NCBI RefSeq assembly: GCF_963676685.1
Contig: NC_092349.1
Span: forward strand, 54,746,001 to 54,810,000
Length of the DNA: 64,000 nucleotides
Source: Mytilus edulis
Lineage: Eukaryota
Direction of reading: 5' to 3'
Shown: positions 25,626-38,293 of the stretch, piece after piece
Position numbering within the stretch: position 1 is the stretch's first letter
Layout: each line of letters starts with the position of its first letter
The notes under the pieces: model-generated
What the model was told of the DNA's origin: nothing
Seen by the model: only the letters and a program-made list of their open reading frames with translations
Database searches by the model: none
Translations under genes and position numbers: made by a program

Positions 25626-27499
25626 TATAAGAACCATTATACTGCCATCAATACATTCTTGTGTTGCCCTACCGACCTACCAATACATGTATTTTTGGTA
25701 ATTGTCTAAATCATAGCGTAAACGTAATGCATTTTCTAAAATGCCTTTCATTTGTGCAGACATTTTCTTAAATGCCTGAATCGTACATACATCTAAGAAA
25801 ATGCCTAAATTAAAAAAAACAATGCATGTAACAAATGTATACTACGTCTAGTAAACTGTCTTGAATACATTCTTATGTTTCTGTTTTCTAGATTTAGGTG
25901 CGTACGTTCTTTTTTAAACTTTAAGGCCTAACTATGCTTTTTTCGAACTTTCTTGGTTCCGTATACGATGCAGGAAATGGTTACCCTTCCGGAGCACCTG
26001 GTTTCACTCCCGGTTTTTAGTGGAGTTCGTGTTGTTTCTTAATTATTATTTATAACTGTTGAATGTAAATGTCCTTTGGTTTTGTGAGTCCTTTCTACTC
26101 ATTGGTTTTGATTTTTATTGTCTTTTGCACGTATATTATTTCCCCATTTGTTTACGTTGGTACAAATTTGTAATACTGAAACTATTTGTCCCTATATCCT
26201 ACTTCGGAGTCCAGTTAGATACATATTTAATGAAATCAAATAACAATAATTCATTAACCATGCAGATAACTTAAACAATAAGCATGATAAGTATATCAAA
26301 TACTTTGAATTCGGGCTTTATTTACATTTCAAATATTTGATCATTTAATATGTGTTTGACTTTATAATTGAAATTTGACCTCACGCCTACCACGCCCATT
26401 AAAATTACTAAAATTCTTAGTATCTTACCATTTTATTAACAATTTGATTATTTACAAAAAAAAAGAAGACTAAAGTATTACATAACACTACTTAAAATAA
26501 AACAAGTCGTTGGATTTCGATCTCAAACGAACTATCTTACTGAGAGTTACCTTGTAATGCCCTTTTTGTGCAAACATATATCATGCTAATGACACGCGAC
26601 TTCAACCGCGTGTACATGCACTTTCAATTGTTTATCTTTGCTACGTTTACAAAAAATGCTGATTCTAATGTTTAATGCTTATATGATAACCTTGATATAA
26701 ACTAAAATATGCAGTAACTACGAATAATGACTTAACAGCAATCCAATAGTGCGTCGGGAAGGTTATCCAACATACATGTACTTTAACGAACCAATTAAAA
26801 TCTATAATGTACTAAATGTGTTTTTCAAAATCGAATGATTAACATGATTAAGTCTTAAGTGTTAATTCTCGCTAGGGAGAAGAGCCACAACAGAAGGTCA
26901 ATTGACCACAACAAAACAGTGAATATGGAATACTTTAAATGAATTACAAACTGTTTTGGTTAATTATTTTGATGAATACAAAAGTGTCCAGTAGCAAATA
27001 TTGCATGCATACATGTATTCAGAGTATTGTTAAATATCTTTACTCTTGAGTTATATTTCACCTACGCACTAATTTGATGTGTGCACCTGCTGCTTACAGC
27101 TCACATTCGAAAAGAAATGGACCCCTATCGACATTGACATAACATTTAGAGTCTTCATGATGATATGTGGATGTTTAGAGTCCGACTATCCTGTCTGGAT
27201 ATCGCGGACTGTAGCAACCTATTTTATAGACTGAAGTCTGTCTGTCTTTTGGCCTTCATTTTACTCCGACTGCGTTGGTGTTGCTGGTACGGAGTATCTG
27301 GCCGTGCTGCTTGTATGGCTGATTGTATTGCCTCTTTGGAGTTGTAGGGACTGGTGACAATATCCCTATTGACTACAACCCCAACTGGTTCCCCTTTGTA
27401 CTTAGTTGGTGTTAGTACGTGTCCAACTACGCTGTCTCTTGCCTCTGTTTGTGTGATGGTGGTTTGTTGGACTTTGTCAGCAGGTATCACGGCTGTTTT

Positions 27500-29451
27500 T
27501 GTACTGTTACCAGTGTTGATTTTTTATTGTTTAACAGAAATTCTATCGATTTTTCATAAGTTTTCCCGGACTATTTTTTATTGCTAGATTTTTGTACTTT
27601 GAAGTTCGTTACTGTCCCCCTTACTTTTTTGTTTCCTAAATTGAAAGCATGAACGTGGTCACAGCAAGGCCGTAACTACCCTTGAGGCATTGCCTCACTA
27701 AAATTTCGACACTGATTACATTAACCTAGTAACGATAATCATCATGGATCTCTAGTTAAAAACAGGCTCTTGCAGAAAAAGGAAAAGCTAGTTTTTTGTG
27801 AACAGAGTCTGAGTCTTGCATATAACTTCGTTAGAACAATCCAAAAACGATAAGTAGACTGACAAATCAAGTACAGGTCTTCGGAAGGGGGCAGTCCTGT
27901 CTGCGTATTCATTTCTCCGTTTTCACCAACTTTTGAGAAATCAAGTACTGGGCATCGCAAGGGGGTAGTCCTGTCTGCGTATTCATTTCATGGATTAGTT
28001 TTTATCCATGTTTCTTTAACCTTAAAAATTTAAAGAATATATCCCATATTCCAATTTGATATTATTGAGAAATGGTAGAACCTTTAACACAGGATTTTGT
28101 CTTTACTTATTCGGGACTATGGAATTTCGTTTCTTTATATTCGGGTTTTCGGAATCGGACACCCCAACCACTAAATTTATAGATTCTGGAACTAAAATAC
28201 CACCAACTATTTCCAGAAATAATTTTAAATTACGGACCTACATGTAAACGTCAAAATCTCCATTCCAATTCCCCTGTACCCATATCATATATACTTACTC
28301 TATAGATAGAATCATATACATGTATCTTATCTCATTCTATCCCTAGTTTGTCTACTCTATGTCAGCATTAAAGCGAGTTTAATATTTTGTAACTGCGACT
28401 GTATGATGGTGCTTACAGGAAAGCTTAATTCCCTTTTGCAAACGAAACTGTTGCTACCGAATTGCTAATGGAGTAGGAATTGGAAGAAGACATTGATCAT
28501 TGTGTTGATGATAATGTGCTACCTTTCGAAACACAGACTGCCCTGAAACGACTGAAAACTTGGAAAAGAGCATGCATGAGTGGCGAGAGATTGTGCAGTC
28601 TTGCCATGCTCCATGTTAATCGCGATAAGGATATCAGCAGACCAAATTATGAATCTGAAACGATTTGGCTGAACCGGCCATAGAAAAATTTGGCAAACTC
28701 TACTAACTCGATGTTTATTCTATGTTCTGGCAGCAGACTCAAATCAGTGAAATTTGGATGATTATCTTGCATATAAATTTAAATAAAGTTGTTAAAAATT
28801 TGGTGTTAGCAAAAGTCTTTAAATATAAAAAAATATATATAAAAAGTGTCCAAATTCAAAACATTATCAAAGTCTCTAAAAATACCTAGAATGCAGGATT
28901 TTGCACCATTCATTTCATACCCTCCAAAAAAAAAATTCGCCTCGCTTCGCCTCCCTTCGCTCGGCTCAATTATTTTGCCTCACTAAAATAAGATGCCTAG
29001 TTACGGCCTTGCACAGGCATTTAAAAGTATCGTAAACTACGCCAACTCACAATGTAAGTTTATAATTCATAGTTTTTAATGATTGTATGATGAAAGTTAA
29101 TATGTTTCCACATCAAGATAAATTTTGTATATGTGTATATCAGCCAAAAGTGAAATATGATGATTGTTAATTTTGTCACTGTTTTTACAAAAGTATGGAA
29201 AGCCATTTGGTGCTATAATTTTTGAATGATTTGATTGAAAATTCATTTTGATACATAGATTTGAACTGTTAGTTTTATGATTTTTGTAGTCATGAGTATG
29301 ATGAGTTAGCTAAGGTTTTGTTTTTGTTTTTTGTAGCTTTTTACCAACATCACAGCACACATATGTAGAACTTGTTATTTCATGGTTTTCGAAATAAAGG
29401 ATATACATTACTGTGGCTTATGGTTATACTAGTATGCACTGAGGCAGAATA
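27500..29451 (+). repeat. BEL 5' LTR, interrupted by a hAT derivative
   Basis: Matches the 3' LTR on both sides of the 27665-29011 insertion. Differences seen are a 7-bp indel and one substitution. Ends TG..TA. Confidence 0.9.
27665..29011 (+). mobile_element. Non-autonomous hAT-derived DNA transposon nested in the BEL 5' LTR
   Basis: Perfect 14-bp TIR CAAGGCCGTAACTA/TAGTTACGGCCTTG and duplication CACAG; the empty site is visible in the 3' LTR. hAT C-terminal dimerisation remnant ALKRLKTWKRACMSGERLCSLAMLHVNRD at about 28540-28630. Confidence 0.85.
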
Positions 29452-29463
29452 GTAAAAAGATTG
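29020..29463 (+). promoter_or_regulatory. BEL LTR core: TATA-like box, intra-LTR intron, poly(A) signal and non-tRNA primer-binding site
   Basis: TTTAAAA 29020-29026; donor GTAAGT at 29054; branch-like GCTAAG, T-rich tract and acceptor TAG ending 29336; AATAAA at about 29393; GTAAAAAGATTG 29452-29463 abuts the LTR end. Confidence 0.6.
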
Positions 29464-29521
29464 CAAAGACACAGTTCGATACAGAATAACATGCAGTAGT
29501 TCCTACAAACAATTTTATGAA

Positions 29522-32500
29522 ATGGCTCAATCACAACCACTTCCGCCTGAAACAACAGTAACACATGAACATAAAATGACAGAGAAAGGTAAAGAACTTT
29601 ATCATTCACATAAGATAGAATACCTTAAGCAAATTGACGGTTCGTGGGAAACTATAGAAAATTTACTCGAAGAATTATCAGAGTGCTCGAAGGAGCTGAA
29701 ACCTCTACGCAAACTAGAGAAAAACATTTTGAAGTCTCGTGAAAAATACTGTGAAAACTCAAATCAATATATTGAGTTTTTGACACGCAAGAATAATGAA
29801 GACAGTAATGACGCATTACCCACCTTTAAGACTGAGTTTAAAAAGTGCAATGAAATCATTGACAATACATTACAACAAATTAAGACATTGAAATTAACCG
29901 CAGCTGAAACTATGTCAGTAGTTCCTGTAGAGTCTGTCCGTTCAAACAATAGTGGTAAAAGCGGCTCAATTTCGAGTTCAGCTATGGCTAGGAAGCGTGT
30001 AAATGCTGAAGTTCAACGAACAAAGTTACAATATGCGGAACAACAAACAAAATTAATTAAGCAAAAAGCAAGATTAAGTGAATTAGAAACACAGTCTAAA
30101 GCTTTAAAGGACCGTGAAAAAGCTGAAGTTGATGCAGATCTAGCACTGCTTAAACAACAGACAGAAGCCGCTGTCGCAGAGGTCGAGGTCAAAGTTTTAG
30201 AAGAAGCCGAGAGCGATAGAAGATCCTTGTCGTTACAAGAAGACAAAGAGTATTTACAAAAAGTGAAAATGACACTAACAGAAAAGTAATACTATGTAAA
30301 TGAACAATTTAATGAAGTGGAACAACTCAAATCTCAAGACAAGAATAATAATGTTCCGCAAGATATTCCGAACAATCAAGACAAATTTAGTTCACATACT
30401 CCGGCACCTCGGAACCAGTTAAACATAATTCCTACGTCAAGGAATTTGCCAAAATTTCAAGTCGACGATTTGGATCGATCGATAGTTGAAGATATTAAAC
30501 CAGAAATTCGGCAAAAACAAACATTTAATCCTTATGCAGCTGATTTTGAATTAACTCAACCACCACTGCCACCAAATCATGATCAGTCTGTAGTGTCTGA
30601 CTTGACAAAGTTTTTGTTGAAGAAAGATTTATTACTTTCTAGATTTCAGAATTTCGATGACTGTCCCGAAACTTATGCTTCATGGAAAGCTACCTTTAAA
30701 AGTATTACTGAAGAACTCTCAGTTACGGCTTTCGAAGAAATGGACTTATTAGTTAAATGGCTCGGCCGTGAATCTTCAAAGTTTTCGCAAAATATTCGTG
30801 CGTCAAATGTGAACAATCCAAATGCTGGTCTTCGTCGTATATGGGAGCGTCTTGACGAACGCTATGGTAGACCTGAGATGGTAGAAGCTGCAATTAAAAC
30901 AAAACTACAGAAGTTTCCAAAGTTAACAAACAAGGATCATAGTCGACTTTATGAGCTATTAGATATTCTCACACAAATAGAATCTTCGAAAGAGAATGAG
31001 ACATTTTCAAATTTTTGTCATATTTCGACTCTTCTTCTGGTGTTTTACCAATTGTGGACAAATTACCATATAATATACAAGAGAAGTGGACAACACGTGC
31101 ATCGCAATACAAACTGAGGAACAACGTACCATTTCCACCTTTTTCGTACTTGGTGCAATTTATCAGAGAGGTTAGTGCTGTCAAAAATGATCCCGCGTTT
31201 ATTTATAGTAATACTGAAACGTCGTATTCTAGGAAAAATGAAACACGGAAAGTTAACCATGGTGCAACGTCAGTGTTTAACCGAAAAACGGATGTTAATA
31301 TTAAACAGAAGGAAGAGAAAGAGACAGTACGTTGTCCTATTCATAAAGCCAATCATCATTTGAATACTTGTCGAGCCTTTAAAGCAATGACTTATGAAGA
31401 ACGCAGAAAGTATCTGAAGGACAATAATATTTGTTTCAAATGCTGCCATTCGACAACTCATATGTCACGAAATTGCACTGTAACTGTAAAATGCGATCAT
31501 TGTGGAAGTAATTATCATATAACCGCTATGCATGTAACTGCAAAATCTAGTTGTCCTGACGGCGGAGAGAAATCATCTGATACAACGCAAAATGCTAATG
31601 ATCAAACAGTGTCATCCAAGTGCACGTTTTTATGTGGATTTAGTGGTAAATCATGTGGAAAAACCGTTCAGGTCCGTGTGTACCCGAAGAACTTCCCAGA
31701 TAAAGCCGTTAATGTGTACGCTATACTGGATGACCAAAGTAACAGAACTCTTGCTAAGACTGAGCTGTTCGATCAATTAGGTATAAATACATCGGCCATT
31801 CAGTATACTATGTCGTCTTGTGCTGGACGCACTATCATGAATGGTAGATGTGCAGAAAGTCTGATAGTTGAGTCATTGTCTGGTAATGGAGAACTTGAAA
31901 TACATTCAGTAATAGAGTGCAGTGCAATCCCAGACGAAAAATCAGAAATTCCGACTCCGGATATTGCTAAATCCTATCCCCATTTACGGGAGATAGCTCA
32001 TCAAATGTTAGATTTGAATCCAAATATAGACATTCAACTTTTGATTGGAAGAGATGTCCCAGAAGCGCACCACGTGTTTAGACAGTTGACAGGACCGAAG
32101 GGCACGCCATTTGCCCAGGAGCTCTTTTTCGGTTGGGTAATTATAGGCGATGTTTGCTTAGGCAAAGTACACAAACCAAATTTTGTCAATGTCAATAAGA
32201 CTAATGTAATGAACAATGGTAGAGGAACTATATTTGAACCTTGTATTAACACTTTGTATGTAAAGGAAAACACTGAATTGGCTCATATCAGAGATAATGT
32301 TCATTCACAAAGATGTAACAATGACCCATTGTTTATTAAAACCAAAGATGACGACAAGATTGGCACATCAGTCCAAGACCGCTTGTTCCTTAATCTCATG
32401 GATTCTGAATTTAAGAAAGATTCAAATGGGCACTGGACTGCACCCCTCCCTTTTAGACCAAATAAACAACGATTGCCGAACAATAGGAGTCAAGCATGGA

Positions 32501-35500
32501 AAAGGGCTCAAATACTCGATAAATCTTTCCAACAAAATTTTACAAAAAAGACTTATTTTGTAGAATTTATGCAAAAAGTATTAGTTAGCGGAGCAGCGGA
32601 GGTAGCTCCCATAATCACAGATGAGGAGTGTTAACGTTGGTATCTCCCCCTTTTTGGCGTTTACCACCAGAACAAGCCTAACCAGATAAGAGGCGTATTT
32701 GATTCCTCAGCATCTTTCGAAGGAGTATCTCTCAATAGCGTTATGATGTCAGGACCAGATCTCACTAACAACCTACTTGGTATTTTGTTGCGTTTTCGCA
32801 GTGACCAGTTTGCGGCCACTGCTGATATAGAACAAATGTTTTATCAATTCTACGTGAGAGAAGAAGATAGAAACTTTTTGAGGTTCTTTTGGTACAAGGA
32901 CAATAACCCAGATAATCCGCTTATAGAACATCGGATGTGTGTCAATGTTTTTGGCAATAGCGCTTCTCCTGCAGTGGCAACGTATGGATTACGTAAGACA
33001 GTTGAAAACTCTAATGAAACGTTCGGCTCAGATGTTAAGACTTTCGTTAACAGGGATTTTTACGTAGACGATGGGCTCATTTCCTTGCCTGAAAGTGAAC
33101 AAGTAATTGATCTTATAACAAGAACGCAGATGGCGCTAAAAACAGAAGGTAACATTAGGTTACACAAGATTACATCAAATAGTAGCGACGTAATGAAGGC
33201 TTTCCCTACCGATGATATTGGAAAGGATCTCAAGAATTTAAACTTGTGTGAAGACTATTTTCCGGTACAACACAGCCTTGGCCTCGCTTGGGACTTAAAC
33301 ACTGATAGCTTTATATTTACCCCATTACAAGATGATAAACCCTGCACCCGTAGAGGTATTCTTTCGTCATTGAATAGTATTTTTGATCCGATTGGATTCT
33401 TGTCACCACTCACAATTAGCGGAAAGATTTTGTTGCGAGATGCATCCCCACCGGGTACTGATTGGGATGAATGTTTATCACAAAGTTTTCAAGAGAAATG
33501 GAATGAATGGAGGATCTCTGTTTTGTCACTTCGAGAACTTAGTATACCGCGTATGTATATACCTATGTCAATCAGTGTTATGGACAACTTAGAAGTACAT
33601 GTATTTTCAGACGCTTCAGAGAAGGCAGTTGCGGCTTCGGCATATTTAAGAGCTATCGACACATATGGGACCAGTACCGTAGGATTTATTATGGGAAAAT
33701 CGAAACTAGCACCTCTTAGCGGAAACACGATACCAAGATTAGAGTTATGTGGGGCTGTCTTGGCAACCGAAATTGGAAAAATAATATCTGAAAATTTAGA
33801 TGTTCCGTTGGACTCTATCAAGTATTATTCTGATAGCAAAATTGTGTTAGGATATATCACTAATCAGACCCGACGTTTTCACACCTACGTGTCAAACAGA
33901 ATTGAACGCATTCTGAGTGTATCGTCGTCAAATCAGTGGCAGTTTGTCCCAACACATTTAAACCCATCAGATTGCGGTACACGTTCCTCAATATCTGTTG
34001 ATATGGAAAACAATCCATGGCTTCTTGGGCCGAAGTGGATGAAGAACTCTGACGAGGAAGCTCAATGTGATGTCAAAATATTATATCCGTTAGTTAGTCC
34101 AGATAATGATAAAGAGATTAGAAAAGAGATAAGTGCATCGAAAACGTCAATAGATGCGCTTGCGCCAATAGTAGGGCGTTTTAAAAAATTCTCTAGTTGG
34201 AGACGGCTTGTGAAAGCTATATCATTTTTGCAACATGTGGCTCAGTCATTCAGTTTAAAGGATAAGTCGTGCCAAGGTTGGCATTTTTGTCAAAATGTCA
34301 TGTCAGTTGATACTTACCAAAAAGCGGAATTATTTATCTTGAAGGAATGTCAGAAGGAAGTATATTCGCAAGAGATAGAATGTTTGGCTAGAGGCACAAA
34401 CATTTCAAAACAATCATCTTTAATCTCTCTTTCGCCATTTTTGGATTCACAAGGTTTGATTCGTGTAGGAGGACGTTTGGAAAAGGCAAAGTCTTGGCTT
34501 CCGACAGGAGAAATTAACCCAATTATCATTCCGAAAAATAGTTACATTAGTAAGCTTCTTATAGACCGCTATCACAATTCAGTGAAACATCAGGGTAGAC
34601 ATTTAACTGAAGGTGCGTTAAGGAGTGCAGGATACTGGCTAATTGGAGCTAAACGATTAATTTCTTCATTTATACAAAAGTGTGTAATATGCAGGAAACT
34701 TCGAGGAAAGTTCCATGAACAAAAAATGGCGGACTTGCCTTCTGATAGACTAACACCAGGGCCTCCGTTCACATTTGTAGGTTTGGATACCTTCGGACCT
34801 TGGCAAGTATTAACTCGTAAGACACGTGGAGGTTCAACAAATAGTAAAAGGTGGGCTATTTTATTTACATGTATGACTACGAGAGCAGTTCATATAGAAG
34901 TGATAGAATCATTAAGCAGTTCCTGTTTTATAAATTCACTTCGTAGGTTCCAGTCATTACGCGGACAAGCCAAAGTGTATCGATCTGACCGTGGGACAAA
35001 TTTCATAGGTGCCACAGATGATTCAAATATTGAAGCTATAAATGTTGAAGATTTGACAGTTAAAAACTTTCTATGTGAATCTGGTTCAGTATGGAAATTT
35101 AACCCTCCCCACTCTTCCCACATGGGAGGAGTGTGGGAAAGGATGATAGGTGTCACACGAAGAATATTAGACGCTGTTATCTTAACTTCTAGTAGTAAAA
35201 GTTTGACTCATGAAAGTTTAACAACATTCTTAGCTGAAGTGACCGCTATTATTAACGCAAGACCCATTGCACAGATATCATCAGATCCGGAAATGCCTTT
35301 GATTCTAAGTCCATCAATGCTCTTAACTGGAAAACAAGACTACTTACCTGTGATAACGGACACATACAATCTCAAGGATATGTATCGTGCACAATGGAAA
35401 CATGTGCAAATTCTATCAGATATATTCTGGAAGCATTGGAGGTCAGATTATTTACAATGTTTGCAACAGAGACGTAAATGGCACGTTGACAAAGACGATA

Positions 35501-35691
35501 TCAAAGTTGGTAATGTAATTCTTATGAGAGACAAATCTATTTACCGAGGAGAGTGGCCACTAGGCATTGTGGAGGAAGTTTTCAAAAGCGATGATGGAAA
35601 AGTACGCAAGGCTCGCCTCCGCATTTACAAGGAAGGAAAAGCTGTTACATATACTAGACCGATTAGTGAGATGGTTTTATTGGTAGACTGA
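29522..35691 (+). pseudogene. BEL/Pao gag-pol polyprotein, disrupted (frame breaks near 30290 and 31015, stop at 32632)
   Basis: Gag with three Cys/His knuckles, protease YAILDDQS, RT (ADIEQMF, FGNSASP, FYVDD), RNase H (VFSDAS, TIPRLELCGA, SDS), integrase (HHCC, LDTFGP, SDRGTNF, WERMI) and a GPY/F-like C-terminus. Confidence 0.92.
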
Positions 35692-35892
35692 TTGTGAATA
35701 TTGACAATATTGAACAATTTATAAAAGGTTTAAGTGTTGTTTGTATTTTTAGTGTGTTTTTTATGCTGAAGGAATGTTCTTCGATAGCATTGATTTTTCG
35801 TAATAGTCAAAATTGTGACTTATTTTTACATTTGGTATATTTGCATAAATTTGTTGTAAAATATTATCATGGGAATGATAATAGACGGGGAG

Positions 35893-36499
35893 TGTACTGT
35901 TACCAGTGTTGATTTTTTATTGTTTAACAGAAATTCTATCGATTTTTCATAAGTTTTCCCGGACTATTTTTTATTGCTAGATTTTTGTACTTTGAAGTTC
36001 GTTACTGTCCCCCTTACTTTTTTGTTTCCTAAATTGAAAGCATGAACGTGGTCACAGGCATTTAAAAGTATCGTAAACTACGCCAACTCACAATGTAAGT
36101 TTATAATTCATAGTTTTTAATGATTGTATGATGAAAGTTAATATGTTTCCACATCAACTGACAAGATAAATTTTGTATATGTGTATATCAGCCAAAAGTG
36201 AAATATGATGATTGTTAATTTTGTCACTGTTTTTACAAAAGTATGGAAAGCCATTTGGTGCTATAATTTTTGAATGATTTGATTGAAAATTCATTTTGAT
36301 ACATAGATTTGAACTGTTAGTTTTATGATTTTTGTAGTCATGAGTATGATGAGTTAGCTAAGGTTTTGTTTTTGTTTTTTGTAGCTTTTTACCAACATCA
36401 CAGCACACATATGTAGAACTTGTTATTTCATGGTTTTCGAAATAAATGATATACATTACTGTGGCTTATGGTTATACTAGTATGCACTGAGGCAGAATA
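35893..36499 (+). repeat. BEL 3' LTR (607 bp)
   Basis: Starts TG right after the PPT and ends GAATA before the TSD. Contains the same intron-like segment (36095-36384) and AATAAA (36441-36446). Confidence 0.92.
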
Positions 36500-37906
36500 G
36501 TTTTTGTTGCCATCCACTGGTCAAAACGCTTTGCGTCTCTTCTGTTGGATGGTGGCTTACTTTTCAGGGCCGGCTTGGATTTACTAGAGGATGCCTCTGG
36601 CTCCTTAGCCTTTGTCTTGGTCCACGTCAACTGTACTGACACCTGGTCATGATGATTTGTCCAAAAAGTGAGTAGTGTTAATTAAGCAGTGATCAGTACG
36701 AGTACTTCAATGAAAAAGTTTTCATTGAATAATTACATATTAATTGTTTGTTGTATAATCACCAACCCCTCTAATTGTATGGGTGTATATCTTTTTGGCT
36801 TGGATGGGATCGAATCTACACATTTTGATTTGATTGTTGATTGATCCATTCAAGCATATAAAGAAAGGGATCAACTAATAGTTTTGAGTAATGTGTAAAC
36901 CGTATGGATGGTGTTTTTTATCTGCCACTGGACAAGGTAAACAAAAAAACGCTTTATTTTTCAACTTCGACTACAATCTTAATTTATTAATGTCGGAAGA
37001 ATAATTTTAACATAGGCTAATTGATATATCTGTTTACTAAATTGATCTACACGTTTTAAATATATTGACCGACAGCAATCTGATAGTGCATTGGATAGTA
37101 AAATCTACTTTTAAACATACCAAAATACAAATTAAAAGTGGAATTTTCATAGACACAAAACCCGACTACCGAGCAGAAAACAGCCAAGACTTCAATTGGG
37201 TCGATCCTTTAAGTTAACGCAAAAAAACACCAGGAGGCTTCAATTGGTCTCTAGACAATACTATATGAAATATTTCAGCGAAATGAACGCCACACCAAAG
37301 TCCACCTCATGCTTGGATGTTTATTAAACCCAGGAAGAATAATTGAATGATTGGTAATTCATTCGTGCAATAGAGAAAAGAACACCACTATAGTCTACAG
37401 TATCGTTTTAGTAAATTAAACATATTAAATTATGAATACTTATGTCCAGCATCAAGTATTTCATATTTAATTGTTGTTGTAGAATTTTACCTAATTGTGT
37501 TAACAGGTCATGTATCGCTTGCGATGACTGTGTGCAGCACATGTGCACCAATTAATACTGATATACAACATTCAGAATATTTGAACCGCGACCAGTCTTA
37601 GTTCTTACTTTTAAATATTGCTAGATTCTCATATAAGCATTTACTTGTACAAAAGTGCCAATCTTAAAATAACTTCGTTTGGTGTGGGAACTACCCATTT
37701 TGATTTGATTATTGATTGCGTAACAGCCATTGGCAAATATTTCATGCATATTTTGGACGAGAGACATTGGAAAGGATTATATTGGATAGGGCTGAAACTC
37801 AATTTAATACGACCCCACCATCGGGTTTGCACGGATTTTTAACGTACAGAAGACACTTAGCCTATGCGTTACATAGTATTTCAGTTCCTTATACCGATTA
37901 AACTAA

Positions 37907-38139
37907 AGGACGACATCAAAAAAATAAATGAAGGATAAAAAAAAAACTTAATTCAAATTGTTTGGGGGTGGGGGTCAAAATTGCTGCATGTTTTGATTAA
38001 TTGACATCGATTTTATATATATCTTTATTGGGCAATCAATTGTTCCCAAATTAAGTTAAGAGGGGTAAGGGGGATCAGTGAAAAAACTATATATATGAAT
38101 TAAGTTTGTTATCCTAAATTGAGATTTTAATGTCGTCCC
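37907..38139. mobile_element. PIF/Harbinger-like MITE (same family as 15258-15496)
   Basis: TIR (A/G)GGACGACAT..ATGTCGTCCC with TAA flanks. The internal sequence is the reverse complement of the 15258 copy. Confidence 0.7.
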
Positions 38140-38293
38140 TAAGCTTGACAGCGTATTTAAATATCCCATACAGTCATGATACATTTGTAGTGGCCCTCAT
38201 TTATAGCCTATGTTTACAGATGTACAGAAAGACTGAGCTAGTTAAGTCCTTCCCTTTTTTATAAGTCGTATTTTTTAAAAATGTGATTTCTTT

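Larger units (their letters stand above)
27500..36499 (+). mobile_element. BEL/Pao LTR retrotransposon, full length
   Basis: LTRs 27500-29451 (interrupted) and 35893-36499, 5-bp TSD GTTTT (27495-27499, 36500-36504), PPT AGACGGGGAG before the 3' LTR, domain order Gag-PR-RT-RH-IN. Confidence 0.95.

Noticed and set aside
31009-31015. A_AAT_TTT slippery heptamer at the -1 frame change in BEL gag
   Set aside because: It lies inside Gag before the zinc knuckles, BEL/Pao elements usually encode one ORF, and this copy has other lesions. A 1-bp deletion is the simpler explanation.
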